DNA from: an uncultured Chitinophaga sp.
Lineage (GTDB): Bacteria; Bacteroidota; Bacteroidia; UKL13-3
DNA length: 64,000 nt
Reading direction: 5' to 3'
Assembly (NCBI GenBank): GCA_964355075.1
Contig: CAYHCF010000006.1
Coordinates: forward strand, 32,821 to 96,820
The translations under genes were made by a program, and so were the position numbers. Below are positions 38,444-47,761 of this stretch, one piece after another; within the stretch, counting starts at the first letter, position 1; the number at the start of each line of letters is the position of its first letter. The notes under the pieces were generated by a model that had not been told where the DNA came from, searched no databases, and saw only the letters and a program-made list of their open reading frames with translations.

Positions 38444-39820
38444 CTAAAGCTTCTTCAACCAAACAGTTTTTACATTACAAAAAGCTTTCAAACCATATTC
38501 TCCGATTTCCCGGCCGTACCCCGATTTTTTTATGCCACCAAAAGGGAAACGAGAATCGCTTTTCACAATCTGATTAATCGATACCATACCGGATTCGATT
38601 TGATTCGCCATTTTTTTTGCGAGATCTAAATCCTTACTGAAAATACAGGCACCTAAACCAAAACGCGAATCGTTTGCCAGCTCAATAGCCTCTTCCATGG
38701 TTTCAAAAGAATACAAACTAACAACAGGGCCGAAAAGCTCTTCTCTGTATGCTCTTGAGTCTTTAGGAATATTGGATAGGATAGTGGGTGGAAAGAAAAA
38801 TCCGGTAAGCGGTTTTTGTTTCGATTGATAGATCATTTTTGCCCCTGCCGCTACCGAATCATTTACCTGTTGAACTAATAATTGAACTAAATCAAAACGA
38901 GCCAGGGGTCCTATGTGCGTTTCCGGTAAAAGAGGGTTTCCCAAAACAAGCTTATCCATGGCTGTGATTAATTTTTGAATAAATTCTTCAGCAATTTCAG
39001 CCTGAACCAAAAAGCGTTTTGCCGCTACGCAACTTTGTCCATTGTTTTGAAAGCGGGCAAACACAATTTGTTCCATGAGTTCATCTAAAGGGGCATCTTT
39101 TAAAATAATGCAGGGATCACTTCCTCCCAATTCAAGCACATGAGGTTTAATATATTTGCCGGATTGAGCTGCAACCTTTGATCCGGCATCTTCACTTCCG
39201 GTAAGCGTGGTGCCTGCTATCCGGTCGTCCGAAATCAAATTAGCAACAAGCTCTTCATCGGCAAAAATGGTTTGAAAGGTTCCTTCCGGGAAGCCGCATT
39301 GGTCAATAATTTTTTGTAAAGCCAAACTAGTCTGAGGGACATTGGGCGCAGGTTTTACAAGGATAACATTGCCACTCATCAGGATGGGTGCGGCACTTCT
39401 TATAATTTGCCAAAAAGGGAAATTCCAGGGATAAATTCCTAATATAACACCTAATGGTTCGAAAGAAATTCTCAATTCTGTCTCTTCTTCAATTTGATGA
39501 ATCTCAGGTTCTAATAATGGACCGCTATGGATAGCATAATACGCACATAAATTTGCCGATTTGATTATTTCAGATCTGGCCTGACTCACTATTTTACCCA
39601 TTTCTTCTGAAGCTATCCTGGCTAATGAATCTGCATTTTCAATTAACAATTCAGAGAGTTTTATAATGGGTTTAGCTCTAGCATCAAAACTTTTTTTGCG
39701 CCATAATTGAAAAGAAATGATTGATTGGTTCAATAGTTGATTGGCCTCATCAAAATGGATAAAAGAATATTCCTGCAGTTTAGCTTCTGTAAAAGGATTA
39801 ATGCTTGCATATTTTTTCAT
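38444..39820 (-). CDS. NAD(P)-dependent aldehyde dehydrogenase (succinate-semialdehyde dehydrogenase-like)
   Basis: ORF 38444-39892, with ATG 39820 (MKKYASINPFT...) preferred. It has ALDH motifs VLELGGSDP and NNGQSCVAAKRF (catalytic Cys), plus EELFGPV. Confidence 0.9.
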   Translation of the reverse strand: MKKYASINPFTEAKLQEYSFIHFDEANQLLNQSIISFQLWRKKSFDARAKPIIKLSELLIENADSLARIASEEMGKIVSQARSEIIKSANLCAYYAIHSGPLLEPEIHQIEEETELRISFEPLGVILGIYPWNFPFWQIIRSAAPILMSGNVILVKPAPNVPQTSLALQKIIDQCGFPEGTFQTIFADEELVANLISDDRIAGTTLTGSEDAGSKVAAQSGKYIKPHVLELGGSDPCIILKDAPLDELMEQIVFARFQNNGQSCVAAKRFLVQAEIAEEFIQKLITAMDKLVLGNPLLPETHIGPLARFDLVQLLVQQVNDSVAAGAKMIYQSKQKPLTGFFFPPTILSNIPKDSRAYREELFGPVVSLYSFETMEEAIELANDSRFGLGACIFSKDLDLAKKMANQIESGMVSINQIVKSDSRFPFGGIKKSGYGREIGEYGLKAFCNVKTVWLKKL

Positions 39821-39922
39821 GGGGCAAAGGTAAAGGGCTGAAAGTATTATTTGGAAAATATAAGACACAAAAAAACCACATCGTTTTGGCAATGTGGCTT
39901 TTTATCCATATGATATAAGAAA

Positions 39923-40702
39923 TTAATTTCCTCTGAAGTGAGCAGGGCGTTTTTCTAAAAAGGCTTTTGTGCCTTCAATGAAATCTTCAGAACCAAAGAA
40001 ATTTCCAAATTCGTTTATCTCCACATTATTGCCATCGGCACGTTTTTCGTAATAGGCGTTTACACAACGGATAACACTGGCAATGGCCATGGGAGCTTTC
40101 CCTTTGATTTTATTCAGAATCTCTTCGCATTTCGGAATCAATTGGTCAGGAGTTACTATATGATTTACCAGGCCTAATTGCCAAGCTGTTTGTGCATCAA
40201 TCATATCTCCGGTCATCAAAAATTCTAGGGCTCTTCCTTTTCCAATTAATTGTGCCAAACGTTGTGTACCTGCATATCCGGGGGTTATTCCCAGATTAAC
40301 TTCCGGCTGGCCAAAACGTGCTCTCTCAACACAAACACGAATATGACAACTCATGGCCAGTTCATTTCCTCCACCCAGGGCAAATCCATTTACTGCGGCA
40401 ATTACCGGTTTAGGGCAATGGTCAATAGCGCGTAGGGTAGCATGTCCTTCTTCGCTCATCCGCGTTCCTTCTTCAACATTAAAGTTTGCAAATTCGGCAA
40501 TATCAGCTCCTGCTGCAAAGGCTTTACTGCCTGCACCTGTGATAATCACTCCTCTTATATTGGAATCATTATAAATGCTTAAAACTGCATTTTTTATATC
40601 AACCAAAGTCTGAATGTTTAAGGCATTCAATTTGTCTTCCCGGTTTATGGTAATGTAAAAGATTGCATCTTTTGTTTCTGCTAAGATATTTTGGTACATC
40701 AT
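39923..40702 (-). CDS. Enoyl-CoA hydratase/isomerase (crotonase family)
   Basis: 259-aa ORF with GAGSKAFAAGADI, AAVNGFALGGGNELAMSCHIRV and GQPEVNLGITPGYAGTQRL. Confidence 0.95.
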   Translation of the reverse strand: MMYQNILAETKDAIFYITINREDKLNALNIQTLVDIKNAVLSIYNDSNIRGVIITGAGSKAFAAGADIAEFANFNVEEGTRMSEEGHATLRAIDHCPKPVIAAVNGFALGGGNELAMSCHIRVCVERARFGQPEVNLGITPGYAGTQRLAQLIGKGRALEFLMTGDMIDAQTAWQLGLVNHIVTPDQLIPKCEEILNKIKGKAPMAIASVIRCVNAYYEKRADGNNVEINEFGNFFGSEDFIEGTKAFLEKRPAHFRGN

Positions 40703-40828
40703 TGCTCTGCTTATTAATTAAAATTTTTATTGCCAAATTTATTTTTGGGCGTGCAACTATAAGGTTAATTTTAAAAAAACAAAATAACATTTGTCTTGTT
40801 TCCTTAAAAGAGGTGCCTGTGAGCACGT

Positions 40829-41239
40829 TTAATTAAAAATTCTATTGTTTTGAACCCATAAATTAATATAATCAACAATTTCATGTGTATTGGTTCCGGG
40901 AGTAAATAACTTTCCGATCCCCATTTCATTTAATTGTTCAATGTCTTCCTTAGGCAATATGCCTCCACCGGTCACTAAAATATCATTTATATTATTCTGT
41001 AATAGCAGCTCATTTAATCTTTTAAACACACTCAGGTGAGCTCCCGATAATATACTGACACCAATTACATCAACATCTTCCTGAATGGCAGCCTGAACCA
41101 CCATCTCCGGGGTTTGGCGAAGGCCGGTATAAATTACTTCCATTCCGGCATCTCTTAAGGCGGTGGCAATAACTTTTGCTCCTCTGTCATGACCATCCAA
41201 GCCAATTTTGGCAACCAAAACTCTGATAGGTCGTATCAT
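40829..41239 (-). CDS. Methylmalonyl-CoA mutase small subunit (cobalamin-binding domain)
   Basis: 136-aa ORF; [34 protein letters not shown]...[11 protein letters not shown] carries the DxHxxG B12-binding signature. Confidence 0.9.
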   Translation of the reverse strand: MIRPIRVLVAKIGLDGHDRGAKVIATALRDAGMEVIYTGLRQTPEMVVQAAIQEDVDVIGVSILSGAHLSVFKRLNELLLQNNINDILVTGGGILPKEDIEQLNEMGIGKLFTPGTNTHEIVDYINLWVQNNRIFN

Positions 41240-41874
41240 TTTTTCTTTGCTTTTTGAGTAGGTTTAATCTTTTTAAGCAATAAATAATCTTTGCCTTTTA
41301 TTTCTCTTTCAAAATAATTTAAGAAAAGGTCATCATTCATTGTAAAATATTTTAACATGCTTTGACCGCCGGCATCCATCAAAGGAGGGGTAGGTGCAGT
41401 TCCCGGCATGGTCATTATAGGTTCCATGTTTACTGGCATTTCGCGTTCCGGTAAATAAGGTTGAATACGTGAAGGTTGATTTGGGTCAGGTTTATTTTCA
41501 GTTATGGCATACGCCTTAAACCCATTTGGAACCGGTTCAATTACGGTAATATTCCACACGGCTTTAAAATCAGGGTCTGATGTGCCAATCAAAAAATAAT
41601 TATTTAGTTGATAGAGGTAATAATCAATGTTTATTCTACTTTCTTTAATGCCATCTTTGCTGATTTCTTTTATCGAATGATCATCAATAACAACTGAAAA
41701 TGAATCTGTTTTTTTTCGGGTAAAAAACCCTTCCTGCACTTCAAAGGTTCCCTGAATTTCAGGAGAATTAGCTTCCTGTTTAACACCGGGTAAGCGGTCG
41801 AATTTGGCATAATTACAACTGGCAAGAATGCCAGTGAGTAGAATGAATCCGAACAAATTTAAATTACTTTTCAT
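41236..41874 (-). CDS. Hypothetical lipoprotein
   Basis: 212-aa ORF with lipobox LTGILASC. It overlaps gltX upstream and the B12-subunit gene downstream by 4 nt each. I recognise no family. Confidence 0.65.
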   Translation of the reverse strand: MKSNLNLFGFILLTGILASCNYAKFDRLPGVKQEANSPEIQGTFEVQEGFFTRKKTDSFSVVIDDHSIKEISKDGIKESRINIDYYLYQLNNYFLIGTSDPDFKAVWNITVIEPVPNGFKAYAITENKPDPNQPSRIQPYLPEREMPVNMEPIMTMPGTAPTPPLMDAGGQSMLKYFTMNDDLFLNYFEREIKGKDYLLLKKIKPTQKAKKK

Positions 41875-43406
41875 GGTTTAGATATATTTATTGCTTTTGT
41901 TAGTCTATGGTTTGTTTTTTCTTTTCCTAATAATTCTGCAATTTCAAATAAAGGCGGGCCACCGGCAACTCCGGTTAAACAAACACGGAACAATTGTAAG
42001 AAATCTTTACCGGAAATTTCGTTTCTGACAAGTGCATTTTGATAAGCGGCTTCTATGGCATCCCGTGTAAAAGATTCCAGATTCGAAAATAGTTCAATCA
42101 AATCTTTTAATACTTGTGGAGTTTTTTCGTTCCAGCGTTTCTTAATTACCTGTTCATCATAAACTATTGGATCAACAAAAAGGTATCTGCCATAATCCCA
42201 GGTCTCTGTGGTTAAGCTAATTTTTCCTTTTATCAGGTTGCAGGATTTCAAAATATAATTTTCGTCAAAAGAATCAATCAAATCATTTTCCTTCAATGCT
42301 TTTCTCAAATACGGTGCCAAAGCCGAATCCTCCATTTTGTGCATATATTGGTGATTGAACCATTTGGCTTTAACCGGATCAAACTTGGCTCCACCCTTAT
42401 TGATACGTTCTAATGTAAAGGCCTGAACCAACTCTTCTTTACTGAATATCTCCTCATTGGTACCGGGATTCCAACCTAATAAAGCCAACAGGTTTATAAC
42501 GGCTTCCGGTAAGTAACCACTTTCGCGGTATCCCACAGATTTTTCACCTGTAGTGGGATCTATCCAATTTAATGGGAATACCGGAAATCCCAAACGATCT
42601 CCATCGCGTTTACTCAATTTCCCGCTTCCTTCGGGTTTTAATAATAAGGGTAAATGAGCAAAAACCGGCATAAGGCCTTCCCAGCCCAAACAACGGTACA
42701 ACAATACATGTAAAGGAGCCGATGATAACCATTCTTCACCGCGAATGACATGGGATATTTGCATTAAATAATCGTCAACCACATTTGCCAGATGATAAGT
42801 AGGCATTCCATCACTTTTATACAAAACTTTATCATCCATTTCATGGGTGTTAAAACTCACCCTGCCACGTATTTCATCGTGAAATTCAATTATTTCATTT
42901 TCGGGAAGTCTGAACCTTACCACGTAGGGATCACCGTTTTCCAGGCGATGTATTATTTCATCATCAGGCAGTGTTAATGAATTTTTCATGGAGGCACGCG
43001 TGATGGGATCATATTTTGCGTCTGTACCATTTGCCATCAGGCGCGCGCGCATGGCTTCCAGTTCCACAGCAGTATCAAAAGCGTAATAGGCGTGACCGGA
43101 ATCAATCAATTGCATGGCATACTGTTTATATATCGGTTTGCGATCGCTCTGACGGTATGGGGCATGCTTTCCATCACCGAAACCAATTCCTTCATTGGCC
43201 TCAATGCCAAGCCATTTCAATGATTCAATAATATAATCCTCAGCGCCTGGTACTAAACGACTTTGGTCTGTATCTTCGATGCGGATAATAAAATCTCCAC
43301 CATTCTTTTTTGCATATAAATAGTTGTAAAGGGCAGTTTTCACCCCTCCTATATGTAAGGCCCCCGTCGGACTCGGGGCAAAACGTACTCTGACTCTTCT
43401 CTCCAT
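41871..43406 (-). CDS. gltX: Glutamate--tRNA ligase
   Basis: ORF 41871-43421, with ATG 43406 (MERRVRVRFAPSPTGALHIGG) preferred. It has a HIGH-type motif and the KMSKS-type motif KLSKR. Confidence 0.95.
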   Translation of the reverse strand: MERRVRVRFAPSPTGALHIGGVKTALYNYLYAKKNGGDFIIRIEDTDQSRLVPGAEDYIIESLKWLGIEANEGIGFGDGKHAPYRQSDRKPIYKQYAMQLIDSGHAYYAFDTAVELEAMRARLMANGTDAKYDPITRASMKNSLTLPDDEIIHRLENGDPYVVRFRLPENEIIEFHDEIRGRVSFNTHEMDDKVLYKSDGMPTYHLANVVDDYLMQISHVIRGEEWLSSAPLHVLLYRCLGWEGLMPVFAHLPLLLKPEGSGKLSKRDGDRLGFPVFPLNWIDPTTGEKSVGYRESGYLPEAVINLLALLGWNPGTNEEIFSKEELVQAFTLERINKGGAKFDPVKAKWFNHQYMHKMEDSALAPYLRKALKENDLIDSFDENYILKSCNLIKGKISLTTETWDYGRYLFVDPIVYDEQVIKKRWNEKTPQVLKDLIELFSNLESFTRDAIEAAYQNALVRNEISGKDFLQLFRVCLTGVAGGPPLFEIAELLGKEKTNHRLTKAINISKP

Positions 43407-43432
43407 AATGAATGTAGGCAAAGATAAGGATA

Positions 43433-43597
43433 AGAAGCTGTCTAGAAATAATATTTTTAGAATTTTATGCGACTATTTTTTGATAGGCGAGGCGCATTTT
43501 GAAGCCAATAGCCTGCGACCTATAGGCAAAAAATGCAACGAAGCATATCGAAAAATAGGCCATTACAAAATGAAAAGATTATTTCTAGTCAGCTTCT
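43433..43597. repeat. 165-bp long imperfect palindrome with 20-bp terminal inverted repeats (MITE-like)
   Basis: agaagctgtctagaaataat (43433-43452) against attatttctagtcagcttct (43578-43597), 19/20 complementary. The inner arms are also partly complementary (ctattttttgataggc against the reverse complement of gcatatcgaaaaatagg). Confidence 0.75.
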
Positions 43598-43712
43598 AAG
43601 GAGCTTTTTAACCACCATGGCTGATTTTGTTTGTTAAATTTTTAAAATAAATTTCAAAAAATTACCATACTCGTAGTATTTTGCGCCTTCTGATAAAATA
43701 AATATTAATATT

Positions 43713-44279
43713 ATGAGTGACCCAAGATTACAGCCCTTATTAGATTCATTGAAAAATCAGATGGATCATGCCATAGCTCATGCTGTCGCTGAGTTTGCTA
43801 AAATTCGTGCCGGAAAGGCTCATCCTTCCATGCTGGATTCTGTAAAAGTTGATTATTATGGCCAATTAGTACCAATCAGTCAAATTGCAAATATCAATAC
43901 GCCCGATGCACGCTCATTGACGGTGCAGCCCTGGGAAAAAAACATGGTGCATGCAATTGAAAAAGGAATCATTAACTCAAATCTCGGCTTTGCACCATCA
44001 AATGACGGCACCCTGATTCGCATTTCATTACCCGTACTCACCGAAGAACGTAGGAAAGAGATCGTAAAAAAAGTTAAGATGGAAGCAGAAGTTGCAAAGA
44101 TTTCGGTTCGTACCATTCGTAAAGAAATTAATGAGGCCATTAAAAAAGCTCAAAAAGAGGGAGTGCCTGAGGATGATGTGAAAGTTGCTGAAACCCAGGT
44201 ACAAAAAACAACGGATGCTTTTATTAAAAAAATTGATGATTTAACTGCATCTAAAGAAGCTGATTTGATGCACGTATAA
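43713..44279 (+). CDS. frr: Ribosome recycling factor
   Basis: 188-aa ORF with RAGKAHPSMLDSVKVDYYG, the ...SNDGTLIRISLPVLTEERRKE segment and RTIRKE. Confidence 0.95.
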   Translation: MSDPRLQPLLDSLKNQMDHAIAHAVAEFAKIRAGKAHPSMLDSVKVDYYGQLVPISQIANINTPDARSLTVQPWEKNMVHAIEKGIINSNLGFAPSNDGTLIRISLPVLTEERRKEIVKKVKMEAEVAKISVRTIRKEINEAIKKAQKEGVPEDDVKVAETQVQKTTDAFIKKIDDLTASKEADLMHV

Positions 44280-44296
44280 ATACATAAAGTTCGTTA

Positions 44297-46318
44297 ATGA
44301 AAAAAATTATACCTGGGATTCCGAAATATTTAACACTGGTTTTAAAAATTGCCAGTGTTTTTTTGTTATTAGGAATTGTTGGATATTTTTCATTACGCGG
44401 CTATTTTTTGAACAAAGCAATAGAGAAGATTCAGAATAAATTAGCCATAAAATACAATACCCGACTTTGGGTGAGAGAGGCTGGTTTCAAAGGATTTACT
44501 ACCGTTTCCTTAAAAGGAATACAATTAATTCCAAATGGAAAAGATACGCTGCTTTCTGTTGATGAATTCTCATTAAGCATAAAATTTTGGTATGCGCTTC
44601 TGGCAGATATCCGGATAAATGAGGTCTCACTTAGCAATGGATATTTACAATTAGTAAAAAAAGGGAATGACAAGAACTTCGATCAGTTTTATAAACAAAA
44701 GGGTGATACGTCTTCGGTTCAATCCCAAATAAAAGAGCCACCGGATGAGGAGAAAGTAAATTATGCCAGGGTGATCTATAACCTGATTGTAAACGGGTTA
44801 AATAAAGTTCCAAATAAAGTCACCATTCATCATTTCACTTTAAAAGGAATTGATGATAACCATTTTTTGAATTTGGGAATTATTCAACTTAGTATGATTG
44901 ATAAAAAATTGAGTTCTGTAATTCAGGTTCAATCCAGTGAAGTGAACCAGCAATGGCAATTCAGTGGCTTGGCAAACCCGGGTGAGAGACAAGCGGATAT
45001 TACCTTTAGCCGTCTGGATCAGGGCAATATTGTTTTACCTTATTTGCTGGAGCGCTTCAATTTGAAAGTTGGGTTTAATTCCCTTCGTTTGCAATTGAAT
45101 AATGTCAGCTTTGATGATGATGAGTTAAGAATTAATGGAAGTGCTTCTATTGACTCCTTTATGGTGAACCACGCAAAGATTTCAAAAAGAGACGTAATGA
45201 TTCCTAAAGCTAAATTTGATTATGCCTATGTAATTGGAAGTAATTATATTTCATTGGATAGCTCTACTTCATTTGTTTTTAATGATTTCACAATACATCC
45301 TTTTATTAAATTTCAAAATGGCCCGGATACCATTTTTTATTTGAGTGTAAGGACAGAAAAAACAGAGGCGCAAAAGTTTATAAATGCCTTGCCGGAAGGA
45401 TTGTTCTCACACGTGAAAGGCATGGAAGCAACAGGAAGCTTCAGCTACAGACTTGATTTTATTTACAATGAAAATCATCCGAATGATATGGTTTTTGAAA
45501 GTAAATTGGAAAAGGATAAATTAAAAATTACCCGGTATGGGGAAGCGAACCTCAGCAAACTCAACAATGAGTTCACTTATTTACCAACTGAAAACGGCAG
45601 ATCGTTGCGACCTGTTTTTGTAGGCTTGGCGAATCCCTATTATACCCCTTTAGATCAGATTTCAACCCTACTTAAAAAAACAGTTCTAACTACAGAAGAT
45701 CCTTCATTTTACTGGCATCATGGATTTGTTACCGAGGCTTTTCGTCAATCGATCGTGAAGAATATCCGTACCGGCAGATTTAAACGCGGAGCAAGTACCT
45801 TAAGTATGCAGTTGACGAAAAATGTTTTCCTGACCCGGGAAAAAACCATTTCACGTAAATTGGAGGAAATACTGCTGGTCTTTATTTTAGAAAATAACTA
45901 TATCTGCACCAAAGACAGGATGTTTGAAGTTTATCTGAATATCATTGAATGGGGTCCTGATGTTTATGGAATAGGTGAGGCTTCTCAATTTTATTTTAAT
46001 AAGAAACCCATTGATCTTACCCTGAGCGAAAGTTTATTTTTGGCGACCATTATCCCCGGCCCAAAACATTTTATGTGGCGCTTTGGAAAAGATGGAACGC
46101 CTAAACCATTTCTTGAAAGAACCTATAGATTTCTATCCAATTTAATGATTATCCGAAATTTGCTGATACCTGAGGATACCCTTGGATTAACGCATAAGGT
46201 CGTGATTACCGGACCGGCACGAAAATACATCATCAAAAATGATTCCCTGGTTAATGATACGTTAATCGAACAGGAGCTTGAACTGCTTCATAACCCGGGA
46301 GAACGTGAAGAAGATTGA
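44297..46318 (+). CDS. Monofunctional peptidoglycan glycosyltransferase (GT51 domain) with ~440-aa N-terminal extension
   Basis: 673-aa ORF with one N-terminal TM helix. GT51 motifs occur only in the last ~220 aa: TTEDPSFYWHHGF, RGASTLSMQLTKNVFL, RKLEEILL and KDRMFEVYLNIIEWG. There is no transpeptidase domain. Confidence 0.8.
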   Translation: MKKIIPGIPKYLTLVLKIASVFLLLGIVGYFSLRGYFLNKAIEKIQNKLAIKYNTRLWVREAGFKGFTTVSLKGIQLIPNGKDTLLSVDEFSLSIKFWYALLADIRINEVSLSNGYLQLVKKGNDKNFDQFYKQKGDTSSVQSQIKEPPDEEKVNYARVIYNLIVNGLNKVPNKVTIHHFTLKGIDDNHFLNLGIIQLSMIDKKLSSVIQVQSSEVNQQWQFSGLANPGERQADITFSRLDQGNIVLPYLLERFNLKVGFNSLRLQLNNVSFDDDELRINGSASIDSFMVNHAKISKRDVMIPKAKFDYAYVIGSNYISLDSSTSFVFNDFTIHPFIKFQNGPDTIFYLSVRTEKTEAQKFINALPEGLFSHVKGMEATGSFSYRLDFIYNENHPNDMVFESKLEKDKLKITRYGEANLSKLNNEFTYLPTENGRSLRPVFVGLANPYYTPLDQISTLLKKTVLTTEDPSFYWHHGFVTEAFRQSIVKNIRTGRFKRGASTLSMQLTKNVFLTREKTISRKLEEILLVFILENNYICTKDRMFEVYLNIIEWGPDVYGIGEASQFYFNKKPIDLTLSESLFLATIIPGPKHFMWRFGKDGTPKPFLERTYRFLSNLMIIRNLLIPEDTLGLTHKVVITGPARKYIIKNDSLVNDTLIEQELELLHNPGEREED

Positions 46319-47588
46319 AAAAATTCACTATCTGTATTTTGCATTTGTTGCAGAATTGCTTCTGATATTTTATTTGAGAAATGATATGGGTTTTATTTTG
46401 AGCCCGATATTAATCTTAACTGCCGGACTCTTTTTGTCTGTTTATCCGGTTTTTTTAATAAAAGGCATACCTGTATCGAATGAAGACCGAAAAAGTGTTA
46501 TTCGAATAATCAGCAATAAAGACAAAACGCTGAACTGGATTGTATTTGCAGGTTTATCTCTTGTATTCATAGTTTGGTCGTATATATTGTTTCAGAATAA
46601 TCCAATTAATATCAGGCAATCGGATATCATACCTTTTATCAAAGAAGTTTTGGTAAAGCGGTTTTTGGCAAATGAAAATGTATATGCCCCTGTACAATTT
46701 AATGATTATGGGGTTGTATTTACGCCAAATTATTTGCCATTTCAGTGGGGACCCTTTTCAATTGCGGCCATATTGAAAATTGATTTTCGCTGGATTTATG
46801 TTTTTGCATTTTTGGGTGCAGCAGCCTACCAGAATTTTCATTTTCAAAAAAGTAAAATTGCAAAATCAAAGTTGATGGGTCTGAGTGCTTTACCTTTTCT
46901 GATCGTATTTTCAATTTATTTAAAGCAACCTGTTGATGTAGCCCATTCAATAGAAATATTAACACTTTCTTATTATTTCTTCCTTGCCACAGCTTTATTC
47001 ATTAAAAGAAATTCTGTAAAAGGTATAGCACTTACGCTTCCTTTGTTATCTCGTTATTCATTTCTGTTTTGGTTACCGGTCTATTTTTACGGTTTATGGA
47101 ATGACAATCGTAAAAAATGCATCATTACCGGATTGTTTTTTCTGGCATTTATCAGCGTATTTTTTGTAATCCCGTTTGTAATTCCCAATCCAGATTTCCT
47201 AAAATCCTTTAATAATATTTATTTGCAGGGTGCCATAAGGGAGTGGAGTGGCCAATCCTGGCAACATCCAGGAGACAAACCTTTTCAGCTATTTCAGGGA
47301 ATGGGATTTGCCAGTTGGTTTTATTGCTTTTACGAAGGCACCTTAGAAGAGAAGATTTTAGCGCTGAAATGGGTTTTGGTGGGAGTTTGTTTTTTGAGCA
47401 TGCTTATTCCAATTCTATATCATCATAAAGTACGTAAAATTATTAGCTCTGAACTTTTTGCTTTGCTATCTCTGAAGTTTTGCCTGACCTTATTTTACGC
47501 ATTTATTTTGGTACCTTACATATACCTATTCTGGATACCACTCATTGTAAGTGTAGTAATTATCAACAAAGTAAGTGTTGAACCTTAG
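46278..47588 (+). CDS. Polytopic integral membrane protein, possible GT-C-type glycosyltransferase
   Basis: 436-aa ORF with many hydrophobic segments and an acidic first-loop segment (NIRQSDIIPFIKE). The start is ambiguous (TTG 46278 or GTG 46305), and either choice overlaps the GT51 gene. Confidence 0.55.
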   Translation: MNCFITRENVKKIEKIHYLYFAFVAELLLIFYLRNDMGFILSPILILTAGLFLSVYPVFLIKGIPVSNEDRKSVIRIISNKDKTLNWIVFAGLSLVFIVWSYILFQNNPINIRQSDIIPFIKEVLVKRFLANENVYAPVQFNDYGVVFTPNYLPFQWGPFSIAAILKIDFRWIYVFAFLGAAAYQNFHFQKSKIAKSKLMGLSALPFLIVFSIYLKQPVDVAHSIEILTLSYYFFLATALFIKRNSVKGIALTLPLLSRYSFLFWLPVYFYGLWNDNRKKCIITGLFFLAFISVFFVIPFVIPNPDFLKSFNNIYLQGAIREWSGQSWQHPGDKPFQLFQGMGFASWFYCFYEGTLEEKILALKWVLVGVCFLSMLIPILYHHKVRKIISSELFALLSLKFCLTLFYAFILVPYIYLFWIPLIVSVVIINKVSVEP

Positions 47589-47674
47589 GTTTAACTTTAG
47601 TCCTTTCTAAATCCTATTCTTTTTCTGATAAGATGAGTGGTTGGTTCTACTAATTGCAATTTGAAATTATAGCT

Positions 47675-47709
47675 TTAACTTGAGGTCGCATTTTGCGACT
47701 TCAAGTTAA
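47675..47709. terminator. Perfect-looking hairpin between convergent genes (possible bidirectional terminator)
   Basis: ttaacttgaggtcgca-tttt-gcgacttcaagttaa, with ~15-16 bp arms containing one G:U-type mismatch. No long T-run on either side. Confidence 0.5.
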
Positions 47710-47761
47710 GATTAATTTGTTATCTCACGGACTGTTACCGTTTGATAATTGCCAGAAACAA

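Noticed and set aside
43408-43599. A 63-aa plus-strand ORF in the gltX/frr spacer.
   Set aside because: It coincides almost exactly with the 165-bp long palindrome. A palindromic MITE-like element explains the open frame better than a gene does.
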